A DNA stretch of 64,000 nt from Candidatus Limnocylindria bacterium (lineage in GTDB: Bacteria > Chloroflexota > Limnocylindria > P2-11E): positions 6,645 to 70,644 of the forward strand of contig JBHEML010000002.1 of NCBI GenBank assembly GCA_046262615.1. Direction: 5' to 3'. A program made the translations under genes and the position numbers. This document shows positions 50,514-60,091 of the stretch, piece by piece. The notes beneath the pieces were generated by a model that saw only the letters and a program-made list of their open reading frames with translations, was not told the origin of the DNA and searched no databases. Within the stretch, counting starts at the first letter, position 1. Each line of letters starts with the position of its first letter.

Positions 50514-50909
50514 TCAATTCCGCTGGGCGATGCCTCCGGTCGCGAGGACCTGGATCGAGCGCATGAGGTACCCGAAGTCGAACGGCTTGCGGAGGACCGC
50601 CTGCGCTCCCCGGATCGTGGTCCGCGTCGGGGAGAGAGATCCCGACAGGACGAGCACGGGCACATCCTGACCCTGCGGCGAGGCGCGCAGCCGTCGCAGG
50701 AACTCGTATCCATCCATGACCGGGAGCAGAAGGTCGAGCAGGATGATGTCCGGCTCCCACGCGAGACCCTCGAGGCCCTCGGCACCATGGCAGGCGAGCT
50801 TGACGGCGTAGCCTTCCTCGGCCAGCAGATGGCCGTAAAACCCGCGAACCTCGGGCGAGTCCTCTATCGCCAGCACGCGGAGCGGGCTATGGGGCGAACG
50901 GGAGGTCAT
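50514..50909 (-). CDS. single-domain response regulator (CheY-like receiver)
   Basis: From the internal Met: RVLAIEDSPE, IILLDLLLPVMDG (phospho-acceptor Asp), VLVLSG and LRKPFD are all canonical receiver positions. Confidence 0.85.
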   Translation of the reverse strand: MTSRSPHSPLRVLAIEDSPEVRGFYGHLLAEEGYAVKLACHGAEGLEGLAWEPDIILLDLLLPVMDGYEFLRRLRASPQGQDVPVLVLSGSLSPTRTTIRGAQAVLRKPFDFGYLMRSIQVLATGGIAQRN

Positions 50910-50992
50910 ATGCCAGGCAACAGTACGGGGTCCTCCTACGGCAAGATCACCCCTCGTTCGCCTGTAAAGCACACGCTCATGGAAGGCTTTGT

Positions 50993-51550
50993 GTGCTCTG
51001 GGCGCTGGGCCGCGCCGGGACTACGACGTGGTCTCTCCACCGCGAGGCGGTGCTCGGCCGGCACCCCGGAAACTTCGACGATCCGCCTGCGCCGCTCCGC
51101 GTGCCGGCGACCGCGTTGACGCGCGCCCGGCTCACCTTCGCGCACGGCGACCCGCTCGAATTCGCACTCGAAGACGTCATCGGCTACGGCCCCGAGATAC
51201 CGGGATTTCGCGCCTGGGTCGGCGCGGTCCTCGCCTCCGCGGATGGCCGCTGGATCATCCGCTTCGCGGACGAGTCACTTCTCGGCTTCCGCAGGAGCGA
51301 GCTGAAGCGCGCCCGGCTCGTCGAGGGCGGCGCGGAACTGACGCTCGGCGAGCCGCCGCGGCGGGTCACGGTCCGCGAGCGCGACGTCGTGTCGTACGGC
51401 CCGGAGCCGGGCGGCGTTCGGGCCTGGCTCGGCCGGCTGCCCACGGCGGAACAGGAGGCTTGGCTGCGGCTCCGCGACGGCCACGAGCTGCGCTTCGTAG
51501 CCGGCGGCGGACCGCACGTCAGATTCGTGGAGCCGGCGCCCCGGCACTGA
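50993..51550 (+). CDS. hypothetical protein with an internal duplication
   Basis: 185-aa ORF. Two copies of RARL...(V/I)(I/V)(G/S)YGPE(I/P)(P/G)G(F/V)RAW(V/L)G. No family recognised. Confidence 0.45.
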   Translation: MLWALGRAGTTTWSLHREAVLGRHPGNFDDPPAPLRVPATALTRARLTFAHGDPLEFALEDVIGYGPEIPGFRAWVGAVLASADGRWIIRFADESLLGFRRSELKRARLVEGGAELTLGEPPRRVTVRERDVVSYGPEPGGVRAWLGRLPTAEQEAWLRLRDGHELRFVAGGGPHVRFVEPAPRH

Positions 51551-51573
51551 TGTCCGCGGCCGCCACGGATGCT

Positions 51574-52557
51574 TCAGTGGCAGTCTGAGCGCCCCTTGTC
51601 GAGGACGCGCCCGTCCGTCGTGATGAAGTTCCAAGCGTATGCGGCTGGTCCGAGCGTCAGTCGCAACACGCCGTTGACGCCCTCCAGCGCTGCCTCGCTG
51701 TTCGGTCCGCCAGGTGGCACCGGGTACAGGCTCCGCCCGCCCGTTCCCACGACGAACTCGCGCATGCCCACGGGCGAGACCCGGCCGTCAGCGTCCTGCG
51801 AGGCGAACCGCTCGTAGTCGTGGTCGTGGCCGGAGAGGACGACATCCGCTCCGGAGTCCATCAGCACCTGCCAGAGCGGACGCATCGCCGGCTCGCCGCC
51901 ATGCAGTCCGGAGCTGAACAATGGGTGGTGCCAGTACGCGAGCGTGCACTTCGCCTTCGTCGCGGCCACGTCGGAGCGTAGCCACAGATCTTGCGCGGAG
52001 CCGGCATCGCAACCGACGAGGGCGCAGTTGCTGTTGAGCACGATGACGTGCCACGCGCCGACGTCGTAGCTGTACCAACCCTGCCGGGCAACACCCGCCG
52101 CGGCCCCAAAAAAGGCGAAATACCCGGCCGCATCGGTCGTGCCGTACTCGTGGTTGCCGATCGCGGGATGCGTGCGCGACAGGTGCCTACCCCACGTGGG
52201 CGCGTAGCAGCGCGCGAATTCAGACGGCGATCCGTCCTCATAGGCGTTGTCGCCGAGCGTGAAGACCTCTCCCGCGATGCCATCGAGGAGCTTCGCCGTC
52301 GCTTCGTCGTTATCCGTGTCGCACGCGGCGATGTCGCCGGCACCGACCAGCGTGACGGTCGGCGCGCCAACATCGGCGACGAGACCGGACGGCCCTGTCG
52401 CCGACGCCGCCGCCGCGCCGACGCCCGGCGACGGCGCGCCGCCCGTTCCGGCGGTCGCGCCAGACGCGCTGGCAAGCGGCGGCGCGGACGCGGCGGAGGG
52501 CTCGCAGGCGACCGCGAGCGCCGCAAGCAGCGGCAGGAGGGCGCGCGTGAGGGCCAC
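51574..52557 (-). CDS. secreted/lipoprotein calcineurin-like metallophosphoesterase
   Basis: 327-aa ORF. Lipobox-like LAALAVAC, then GAGDIAACD, GDNAYEDG, GNHEY and SGHDHDYER metal-binding motifs. Confidence 0.85.
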   Translation of the reverse strand: MALTRALLPLLAALAVACEPSAASAPPLASASGATAGTGGAPSPGVGAAAASATGPSGLVADVGAPTVTLVGAGDIAACDTDNDEATAKLLDGIAGEVFTLGDNAYEDGSPSEFARCYAPTWGRHLSRTHPAIGNHEYGTTDAAGYFAFFGAAAGVARQGWYSYDVGAWHVIVLNSNCALVGCDAGSAQDLWLRSDVAATKAKCTLAYWHHPLFSSGLHGGEPAMRPLWQVLMDSGADVVLSGHDHDYERFASQDADGRVSPVGMREFVVGTGGRSLYPVPPGGPNSEAALEGVNGVLRLTLGPAAYAWNFITTDGRVLDKGRSDCH

Positions 52558-52744
52558 GCTTGGAGCGTAGGGCGCGCTGCCAGCCCTCAGCGTGAAACGA
52601 AGCTTGTCTCGCGGTGACGCTCTCCATGCGCCTGCACCGCTCAGCGCGTTTCACCCTTGACTCGGCGGATGCGCGAACCGGCAGCCGAAGGGCAAGGCTT
52701 CCCTGGGTGGCCGCCGTGGGTGGGCACCGACCATCGGCCCGGCG

Positions 52745-53029
52745 TCAGATCGGCGGCGGGAGAAGACGCAGCAGCACCGAGGACACGAGCTGGATGGCCA
52801 GCAGCGCGACGAGGGGCGAGAAGTCGATGCCCGCGGAGAACGGGAGCGCCCGCCGGATCGGAGCGAGGATCGGCTCGGTCACGCCGTGGACGAACTCGTT
52901 CAGGCCGAAGGGGAGCTGGAACGCCACCCACGAGAGGATGACGCGGGCGAAGATCGCGAGCGTCAACGCGCCGGCGAGCACGTTCACGAACGCGCCCGCG
53001 AAGACGATCAGAAAGCAGGTGGCGCACAC
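52745..53029 (-). CDS. yggT: YggT-family membrane protein
   Basis: 94-aa ORF. ARVILSWV...EPILAPIRR motif. Usual position near the dcw/ftsZ region. Confidence 0.8.
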   Translation of the reverse strand: MCATCFLIVFAGAFVNVLAGALTLAIFARVILSWVAFQLPFGLNEFVHGVTEPILAPIRRALPFSAGIDFSPLVALLAIQLVSSVLLRLLPPPI

Positions 53030-53032
53030 CGC

Positions 53033-53605
53033 TCAGCCGCCAGCGAGGGGAAGGTCGAGCTTGTAGCGCGACGGCGTCGGCCCCGACTGTCCCTGGTAGG
53101 AGGAGCCGAGCTCCGGCGAGCCGTATGGCCGTTCGGCCGGATGCGACAGCATGAAGAACGACAGCTGGCCGATCCTCATCCCGGGGTAGAGGGTGATCGG
53201 GATCGTGTTCACGTTCGACAGCTCGAGGGTGATGTGGCCGTCCCACGCGGGGTCGATGAAGCCCGCGGTGCTGTGGATGAGGAGCCCGAGTCTTCCGAGC
53301 GAGCTCTTTCCCTCGACGCGTGAAACGAGGTCGTCGGGCAGGCGGATGCGTTCCCGCGTCGAGCCGAGCACGAATTCCCCGGGGTGCAGGATGAACGGCC
53401 CGTCGTCGGCTTCCACGAGCTCGGTGATGTCATCGAGCGTGCCCGCGAGGTCGATGTACGCGTGGCGGCTGGAGCGGAACACGCGGAAGCGCCGATCGAG
53501 GCGGATGTCGACGCTCGCGGGCTGGACGCAGCCCGGATCGAAGGGATCGACGCCGATGCGGCCGGCGGCGATCGCGGCGCGGATGTCGCCGTCGGAGAGC
53601 ACCAC
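53033..53605 (-). CDS. dcd: dCTP deaminase
   Basis: 190-aa [39 protein letters not shown] and LELSN motifs. Confidence 0.92.
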   Translation of the reverse strand: MVLSDGDIRAAIAAGRIGVDPFDPGCVQPASVDIRLDRRFRVFRSSRHAYIDLAGTLDDITELVEADDGPFILHPGEFVLGSTRERIRLPDDLVSRVEGKSSLGRLGLLIHSTAGFIDPAWDGHITLELSNVNTIPITLYPGMRIGQLSFFMLSHPAERPYGSPELGSSYQGQSGPTPSRYKLDLPLAGG

Positions 53606-53628
53606 CAGGGCGAAGGATACGGTCCCGG

Positions 53629-54168
53629 TCAGCGCCTCCGTGCCGCGCGCCGCGCGGGGACGGGAGCATCCATCGGGAGAACGATCTGCTCCGCCACGCG
53701 CCGGTCGCGCGCGGTCTCGCGCAGTCTCACGAGCGCCCCGAGCTCCTCGTAAAGCTCGTCCGGGTCGTCGAGGCGGGCGTAGACGATCTTGAAGCGCAGG
53801 TATCCCATCGGGTCGGCGTCCGCGAGCCGCTCGAGGACCATCTCTCCCACCCGCTGCGAGGTGATCTCCGACGCGCCGCTCTGGCGGATCGCGTTCTCGA
53901 TGTCCGCGATGATCGCGGTGATCTTCTCGCTCGATAGCGACTTCGATCCGCCCTTCGCGATGGCGCTTGCGAGCTTGCGTCGGTCGAACTCCTGGCGGGA
54001 GCCGTCGCGCTTGGTCACCTGGATGCGGGCCGACTCCGACCGCTCAAAGGTGGTGAACCGCTCATCGCACCGGTCGCACGCCCGCCTGCGGCGGATCGAG
54101 GCGCCTTCCTCAGCTTCGCGGCTGTCGATGACGCGAGTGTCGGTGTTGCCGCAGCTGGGACAGCGCAC
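53629..54168 (-). CDS. nrdR: transcriptional repressor NrdR
   Basis: [16 protein letters not shown]...[17 protein letters not shown] zinc ribbon plus ATP-cone. Start set at the second GTG (MRCPSCG); the ORF track starts 2 codons earlier. Confidence 0.92.
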   Translation of the reverse strand: MRCPSCGNTDTRVIDSREAEEGASIRRRRACDRCDERFTTFERSESARIQVTKRDGSRQEFDRRKLASAIAKGGSKSLSSEKITAIIADIENAIRQSGASEITSQRVGEMVLERLADADPMGYLRFKIVYARLDDPDELYEELGALVRLRETARDRRVAEQIVLPMDAPVPARRAARRR

Positions 54169-54270
54169 GAGCACAAGATATGGGAACGGGCTTCCTAAAT
54201 CTAGGTGGCCGCGGTCGGATCGCGTCCCAGGGGACCCCGGCCCGTGCCGGGGTCCGCCCCATCGTGCCGG

Positions 54271-55380
54271 CTAGCGCCGCCGGAGGAAGCTCGGCACCTC
54301 GGCGTCGTAGGGATCGTGCTCGTCGGCGCGCTGAGTCCCGTTCGCGCCCGCGGGGACGGGAATCCGAAGAGGCGGCCGGCTCTCGACCGTGCGCTTGTGC
54401 ATCGGCTGCTCGATCTTCTTCAGCGGCCTCGCGGGGTCGAAGCCCGTGGCGATGACGCTGACGTTCACCTCGCCATCGAGGCGCTCGTCGATGACCGACC
54501 CGAAGATGATGTTCGCCTCCGGGTCCGCCGCGGAGTGGATGATCTCTGCGGCCGCGTTGACCTCGAACAGCGTGAGGTCCGGACCGCCTGCGATCGTGAA
54601 CAGCACCCCGCGCGCGCCCTCGATCGACTGCTCGAGCAGGGGCGAGGTGATCGCCTGCTTCGCGGCGTCGGTCGCGCGGTTCTCGCCCGTGCCGTGCCCG
54701 ATGCCCATGAGGGCGGACCCGGCGCTGGTCATGATCGTCTTCACGTCCGCGAAATCGAGGTTGATGAGGCCCGGGACGGTGATGAGGTCGCTGATGCCCT
54801 GGACGCCCTGTCGGAGGACGTCGTCGACGACGCGGAAAGCGTCGACCATGCTCGTCCGCTTCTCCACGACCTGGAGCAGACGGTCGTTCGGGATCACGAT
54901 CAGCGTGTCGACCTTATCGACCAGCTGCTGGATGCCCTGCTCGGCCAGGAGTCGGCGCTTGGCACCCTCGAAGCTGAACGGCCGGGTCACCACGGCGACG
55001 GTGAGCGCACCGATGTCCTTCGCGATCTCCGCGATGACCGGGGCGCCGCCGGTCCCGGTACCGCCGCCCATCCCAGCCGTCACGAAGATCATGTCGGCTT
55101 CCTTGAGGGCCTCGTACAGCTTCTCGCTGTCGTCCTCCGCGGCCTTGCGCCCGACCGCGGGGTCGGCACCGGCACCGAGCCCCTTGGTGGTCTTCTCGCC
55201 GATCCGCAGCTTGTGCGGCGCGTCGGAGAGGAGCAGCGCCTGGGCGTCGGTGTTCACGGTGATGAACTCGACGCCCATGAGATCCGCCCGGATCATGCGA
55301 TTGACCGCGTTCGAACCGCCGCCGCCGACCCCGACGACCTTGATGAGCGCGAAGTTCTCGATGTCGCTCCGTAGCGGCAT
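54271..55380 (-). CDS. ftsZ: cell division GTPase FtsZ
   Basis: From ATG 55380 (GGAGG 7 nt upstream): [17 protein letters not shown] and [15 protein letters not shown] tubulin signature. C-terminal peptide [11 protein letters not shown]. Confidence 0.95.
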   Translation of the reverse strand: MPLRSDIENFALIKVVGVGGGGSNAVNRMIRADLMGVEFITVNTDAQALLLSDAPHKLRIGEKTTKGLGAGADPAVGRKAAEDDSEKLYEALKEADMIFVTAGMGGGTGTGGAPVIAEIAKDIGALTVAVVTRPFSFEGAKRRLLAEQGIQQLVDKVDTLIVIPNDRLLQVVEKRTSMVDAFRVVDDVLRQGVQGISDLITVPGLINLDFADVKTIMTSAGSALMGIGHGTGENRATDAAKQAITSPLLEQSIEGARGVLFTIAGGPDLTLFEVNAAAEIIHSAADPEANIIFGSVIDERLDGEVNVSVIATGFDPARPLKKIEQPMHKRTVESRPPLRIPVPAGANGTQRADEHDPYDAEVPSFLRRR

Positions 55381-55598
55381 GGGGCAGCCTCCACAACCAT
55401 GCCGCTGCCCCTCCCCTTCCGGTGCGTGCATGGGTTTTCTTGCGGTGGACTATGCATCGCATTCCGGAGAAGAGCAATACGCGCGATGAAATTCGGATGA
55501 GGCGACCGGATTAACGGAGACTGCCGTCGCGCTCGAAGCCATTCGAATCAAAACCGCGAGGGAGGGCTTCGCCCGACCGAGCCGTCCCGGCCCCGCCG

Positions 55599-55677
55599 AA
55601 CGGAGCAGGCGAAGCCGGCGAAGTGAGACGGGATCAACGGAGCAGGCGAAGCCAGCGAAGTGAGACGGGATCAACGG
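55599..55677. repeat. 37-bp tandem direct repeat, 2.1 copies
   Basis: aacggagcaggcgaagccGgcgaagtgagacgggatc (55599-55635) and aacggagcaggcgaagccAgcgaagtgagacgggatc (55636-55672), then aacgg. Lies immediately after the ftsA stop in the 298-nt ftsA-ftsZ spacer. Confidence 0.9.
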
Positions 55678-55678
55678 C

Positions 55679-56914
55679 TCAGGGCATGAGGTTCTTGAAG
55701 AGCCTCCCGACGCGTGAGCCGAGACCGTCGAGCGGACCCTGCGCTCGCGAGCGGTCGTCTCCGTCCTGCCAGTGCCGCGCCCCCCAGAGGAGGAGACCTG
55801 ATGCGACCGAATACGCGGGAGTGGAGATCGCGTCGGTGAGGCCGCCGATACCCGTGGGCGCTACGACGCGCGCGCTCATCCCCATCTGGTCCCGCGCCGA
55901 CTTGCACAGCCCGGCGAGCTGAGAACCGCCGCCGGTCAGGACCAGCCCCGACTGCAAGCGGTTCGCGGCGCCGGTCGCTTCGATCTCCCTGATGATCGCG
56001 TCGAACGTGTCCGCCACGCGCGCCTCGATGACCTCCGCGAGGTGCCGCCGCGTGATCATGTGGGGGACGTCCTCGCCGATGGAGGTGATCTGCGTCACCT
56101 CGTCCGGGTCCACCTCCAGCGGCAGCGACGTCCCCTGCTCGAGCTTCAGCGCCTCGGCCACGTCCGGGGTGACGCGCAGGACGATGCCGAGATCGCTCGT
56201 CACGCTCCGAGCGCCCATGGGGATCGTGCCGGCGTGGGCGATCGCGCCCTCCTGGAAGATCGCGACGTCGGTGTTGTCCCCGCCCATGTCAGCGAGCACC
56301 ACGCCGAGCTCGCGATCCTCGGGATGGAGCACGGCCTCCGCCGCGGCGAGGGGCGCGAGCACGAGCTCGTCGACCTCCACGCCCGCCCGCTGGACGCATT
56401 TCGTGAGGTTCTGCACGCTCGTGGCGGATGCCGTGATGATCAGCGTCTCGACCTCGAGACGCACCGCGGTCATTCCGATGGGGTCGCGCACGCCCTCCTG
56501 CCCGTCCACCACGTAGCCGCGCTCGATCACGTGGAGGATCTCGCGGGTGCTCGGGATGGGCACCGCACGGGCATTCTCGACCGCGCGCAGCGCATCCTCC
56601 CGGGTGATGTCCTTGCGATGACCCCCGACGGCCACGACGCCCTTCGAGCGCTGAGAGGCGATGTGGTTGCCTGAGATGCCGACGTAGGCCGACCGCACCT
56701 TCAACCCGGAGAGACGCTCCGCCGCCTCGACCGCCGCCGCGACGGCGCGGACCGTGCGGTCGATGTCGATGACGACGCCCTTGCGCAGCCCGTCCGACGG
56801 TGCCTGGCCAACGCCGATGACGTCGATGCCGCCGTTGTCCGAGACCTCACCGATGAGGGCGCAGACCTTCGTCGTGCCGATGTCGATGCCGACGAGCGCC
56901 GTCTGCTCAGCCAC
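55679..56914 (-). CDS. ftsA: cell division protein FtsA
   Basis: 411-aa ORF. LVGIDIGTTKVCALIGE, actin-like ATPase fold motifs (DMGGDNTDVAIF, LTGGGSQLAGL). Confidence 0.93.
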   Translation of the reverse strand: MAEQTALVGIDIGTTKVCALIGEVSDNGGIDVIGVGQAPSDGLRKGVVIDIDRTVRAVAAAVEAAERLSGLKVRSAYVGISGNHIASQRSKGVVAVGGHRKDITREDALRAVENARAVPIPSTREILHVIERGYVVDGQEGVRDPIGMTAVRLEVETLIITASATSVQNLTKCVQRAGVEVDELVLAPLAAAEAVLHPEDRELGVVLADMGGDNTDVAIFQEGAIAHAGTIPMGARSVTSDLGIVLRVTPDVAEALKLEQGTSLPLEVDPDEVTQITSIGEDVPHMITRRHLAEVIEARVADTFDAIIREIEATGAANRLQSGLVLTGGGSQLAGLCKSARDQMGMSARVVAPTGIGGLTDAISTPAYSVASGLLLWGARHWQDGDDRSRAQGPLDGLGSRVGRLFKNLMP

Positions 56915-56992
56915 CCACGCCGCTTTCCAGACGATCGCGCCGTGCGCGCGCGATCCCTTCCATTCTCTCCTCGCGACCGAAGGCCGTCCTCA

Positions 56993-57316
56993 TCAGAGGA
57001 AGTGCCTGCGGATGACGGCGACATTCTGGAAGATGCGCCACCCGAAGGCAAAGAGCGCGACAAGGTACAGGTCGATCCCGAGCCGGTCGCCGAGGAACGT
57101 GAGAGCCGCCGCGAGAAGCGCGTTCGTGTAGAACCCCGAGAGGAAGATCTTCGCGTCGAAGTGGCCCTCGAGCTCCGCGCGGAAGGCTCCGAGGAGCGAG
57201 TCGAGGGCCGCGAGGATGCCGACCGCGGTGTAGCGCGCGAGCTCGACCGGGAGATTGACTCGCAGCGCGAGTCCGAGCAGAACTCCTGCGGCGAGGCCGA
57301 GCAGCGGCAGGAACAC
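56993..57316 (-). CDS. sbp: small basic protein Sbp (DUF1290)
   Basis: 107-aa ORF. YTAVGILAALDSLLGAFRA...FLSGFYTNALLAA...FGWRIFQNVAVIRR matches the DUF1290 pattern. Lies between ftsQ and ftsA. Confidence 0.8.
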   Translation of the reverse strand: MFLPLLGLAAGVLLGLALRVNLPVELARYTAVGILAALDSLLGAFRAELEGHFDAKIFLSGFYTNALLAAALTFLGDRLGIDLYLVALFAFGWRIFQNVAVIRRHFL

Positions 57317-57345
57317 CGATCAGCGGGACCTCTCCGAGATGCGCA

Positions 57346-58095
57346 CTAAGGGGAGATGACGATGCGGTCGGGAGTGCGCACGTCGAGGTAGTCTATCCGC
57401 CGCCCCGGGTTGTCCTGAAGGAATCTCCTCGCGAGCCGCAGCTTCTCGTCCAAGCGCTCAGACCCCCCGAAGCGGACCTCCCAGCCAGTGCCGCTGCGCA
57501 GGATCAGGCCGCCGGGCGCGAAGTGCGCCTGCGGCGCCGTCGCGTCCGACCGAAGCTCGCCGGGCGCGATGCGCGCGAGCCGGAAGGCGGCGTCGACCAG
57601 CGCGGGATCGATCCGGTCGCCCGCGCCGCGCACGGCGACGACGTCGTCGTAGACGCGGAAGGCGGGAGCCGACGCCGGATCGGCGGAACCGAAGAGCGCC
57701 CCCTCCCGGTCGATGAAGAACTCGGTCCCGCCCACGATCCATCTCCCGACGGGGTCGCGCTCGGCAAGCCGGAGGACGGCGCGGTCGGGCAGGACGAGCT
57801 CCACCGTCGCGTCCCTGACCGCCGGGAGCGCGGCCGCTAGGCCGGCGCGGGCCGCGGCCCCGCTCGCGCGGAAGGGAGACGCGCCGAGCAGGCGGCTCGC
57901 GGCGATGGCATCGGCGGGCCGAGTATGCCTGGCGCCCTGCACGTCCACCGTTCGGATCGCGAGCGGCGCGCTCACCGCGGCGACCAGGCCGAGCGCCGCC
58001 AGCACGCAGATGAGCGCGTCGCGGGCGCGTGGGCCCCAGCGTCGCCACGGGACCGCTCTTCTCTTCGGGGCCGGGCGCCGCGCTCCGGGTCTCAC
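57346..58095 (-). CDS. ftsQ: cell division protein FtsQ/DivIB
   Basis: 249-aa ORF. Basic N-terminus, one TM helix, POTRA-like IRTVDVQGARHT. Position between ddl and ftsA. GTG overlaps the ddl stop. Confidence 0.8.
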   Translation of the reverse strand: MRPGARRPAPKRRAVPWRRWGPRARDALICVLAALGLVAAVSAPLAIRTVDVQGARHTRPADAIAASRLLGASPFRASGAAARAGLAAALPAVRDATVELVLPDRAVLRLAERDPVGRWIVGGTEFFIDREGALFGSADPASAPAFRVYDDVVAVRGAGDRIDPALVDAAFRLARIAPGELRSDATAPQAHFAPGGLILRSGTGWEVRFGGSERLDEKLRLARRFLQDNPGRRIDYLDVRTPDRIVISP

Positions 58096-59225
58096 GCGGA
58101 GGAGCGGTCCTCGAGCGCCCAGGCGACGAGACGCGCGAGCAGCTCTGGGAAGGGGATGCCCGCCGCCCGCGCGGCCTTCGGCAGGAGGCTGTTGGCCGTC
58201 ATCCCCGGCATCGTGTTCACCTCGAGCACGACCGCCTGGGTGCCGTCCCAGATGACATCGGTCCGCGAGATCCCCCGGCAGCCAAGCGCCTCGTGCGCGC
58301 GCAGCGCCGCCCGTTGCACCGCGCTCGCCACGGGGGCGGGGACGCGCGCCGGGCAGATCTCATCGCTCGACGCCGGGTCGTACTTGGCGCGGTAGTCGAA
58401 GAACGCCCTCTTCGGGACGATCTCGACGAGCGGCAGCGCGACGGGCTCGTCGTTGCCGATCACGCCGCATGTCAGCTCGGTCCCGGCGACGCGCTCCTCC
58501 ACGAGGGCGCGGTCGTCGTAGCGGTGGGCCTCCTCGATCGCGGCCCCGAGCAGAGCCGCGCCCTGGACGAGCGTCATGCCGATCGACGATCCCTGCATCG
58601 CCGGCTTCACGATCGCGGGCACGCCGACCGAGCCGGCGCGGCCGATCGCCGCGACGGGGTCCGCCGCAAGCTGCCGCCGCGTGACGACCTCGCCGCGCGG
58701 CACGGCGAGCCCCGCCGCGGCGAGGACGCGCTTGGCCATCACCTTATCCATCGCCAGGGCCGACGCGAGCACCCCCGATCCCGTGTGCGGTATGCCGAGC
58801 GTCTCAAGAAGCCCCTGGATCCGTCCGTCCTCGCCCCACGGTCCGTGCAGGGCGATGAGCGCGACGTCGATCCCCGGCCCGCCGCCCGTCGCGCCGAAGA
58901 GCGGCCGCGTCGCGGGATGTAGCCCCGCGGCCGCCTCGATCATCTGCGCCTGGAAATCAGCGGGGAGCTCGCGATCCCGGTCCTGGAGATCCTCCTCCGG
59001 TCCCGCATCCGCGAGTAGCGCGAGTGCCTGCCGGCGCTGCACGGCGTCCAGCGCGGGGTTCGCTGACATGAGAGCGAGCGGGTCGAGCAGGACGACGTCG
59101 AAGCGGTCGGCAGGCAGGTTCTGCGCGATCCAGGCGCCGGTCGCGAGCGAGATCTGGCGCTCCGCGGAGGCGCCGCCAGCCAGCACGCCCACGGTGATGC
59201 GGCGCGCGCCTGCGCCGCTCACCAT
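58092..59225 (-). CDS. ddl: D-alanine--D-alanine ligase
   Basis: C-terminal 377 aa of the 706-aa ORF. LHGPWGEDGRIQGLLE, ATP-grasp motifs, LEVNTMPGMT. Carries a ~50-aa insertion after the N-terminal domain. Confidence 0.9.
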   Translation of the reverse strand: MVSGAGARRITVGVLAGGASAERQISLATGAWIAQNLPADRFDVVLLDPLALMSANPALDAVQRRQALALLADAGPEEDLQDRDRELPADFQAQMIEAAAGLHPATRPLFGATGGGPGIDVALIALHGPWGEDGRIQGLLETLGIPHTGSGVLASALAMDKVMAKRVLAAAGLAVPRGEVVTRRQLAADPVAAIGRAGSVGVPAIVKPAMQGSSIGMTLVQGAALLGAAIEEAHRYDDRALVEERVAGTELTCGVIGNDEPVALPLVEIVPKRAFFDYRAKYDPASSDEICPARVPAPVASAVQRAALRAHEALGCRGISRTDVIWDGTQAVVLEVNTMPGMTANSLLPKAARAAGIPFPELLARLVAWALEDRSSA

Positions 59226-60091
59226 TCGCCGACGAGCTCGACTTCGGGAGTGAGCTCGACGCCGAACCGCTCGAGCACCCTCTCCTGGCAGCGCCGCATC
59301 AGCGCGAACACATCCGCTGCGGTGGCACCGCCGGTGTTCACGATGAAGTTCGCGTGCTTCTCGCTGACCGCGGCGCCACCCGCGCGCGCGCCCTTCAATC
59401 CGGCGGACTCGATGAGGCGGCCCGCGTGGTCCCCGGGGGGGTTGCGGAAGATCGAACCTGTGTTGGGCTGCGCGAGCGGCTGCGTGGCGATGCGCTCGTT
59501 CGCGATGCGCTTGATCGTCGCCACGGCCGTGCGGCGATCCCCTGGCGACCCGCGGAACCGGGCGCGAAGGCAGACGATCGGGGTCCGCTGGAGCGCGCTG
59601 GTGCGATACGAGAAGCCGAGCTCGCTTCCCTCCACGAGCCAGGCGTCGCCGTTCAGGTCGACGAGCGTCGCGTCGACGAGGACGTCGGCGGTCTCGCCCC
59701 CGAAGGCGCCTGCGTTGCCGTGCACCGCGCCGCCGACCGTCCCCGGGACGGTCGCCATCCACTCGAGGCCGACGATGCCGTTCCGCGCGGCGACCGCGGC
59801 GACGTGCGCGAGAGGCGTCCCCGAGGAGGCGTCGATCGTCACCCCGGATGCGGTCGCCTCGCTCCACGCGTTCTGGAGGACGACGCCGCGCACCCCGCGA
59901 TCGGACACGAGCACGTTCGTTCCTCCGCCGAGCACGAGCAGCGGCAGCTCGTTCTGGCGCGCGACGGCGATCGCGCCGAGAAGGTCCTCCTCCGAGGCGA
60001 CGCGGACAAAGAAGTCGGCGGGGCCGCCGATCCCGAGCGAGGTGTGCGGAGCGAGCGGCACGCCGCGGCCGCCGGCGGATGGAGCGGTCAC
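59219..60091 (-). CDS. murB: UDP-N-acetylenolpyruvoylglucosamine reductase
   Basis: C-terminal 290 aa of the 658-aa ORF. HTSLGIGGPADFF, LVLGGGTNVLV, GSIFRNP. GTG overlaps the murC stop. Confidence 0.92.
   Translation of the reverse strand: MTAPSAGGRGVPLAPHTSLGIGGPADFFVRVASEEDLLGAIAVARQNELPLLVLGGGTNVLVSDRGVRGVVLQNAWSEATASGVTIDASSGTPLAHVAAVAARNGIVGLEWMATVPGTVGGAVHGNAGAFGGETADVLVDATLVDLNGDAWLVEGSELGFSYRTSALQRTPIVCLRARFRGSPGDRRTAVATIKRIANERIATQPLAQPNTGSIFRNPPGDHAGRLIESAGLKGARAGGAAVSEKHANFIVNTGGATAADVFALMRRCQERVLERFGVELTPEVELVGEW

Noticed and set aside
54175-54270. Possible NrdR box or autoregulatory site upstream of nrdR (cccatatcttgtg)
   Set aside because: It only partly resembles the 16-bp NrdR palindrome, there is no second box at the usual spacing, and I cannot support it by eye.
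55599-55677. Possible CRISPR array
   Set aside because: There are only about 2 directly abutting copies with no spacers, the repeat is not palindromic, and there are no cas genes. It is a simple tandem repeat.
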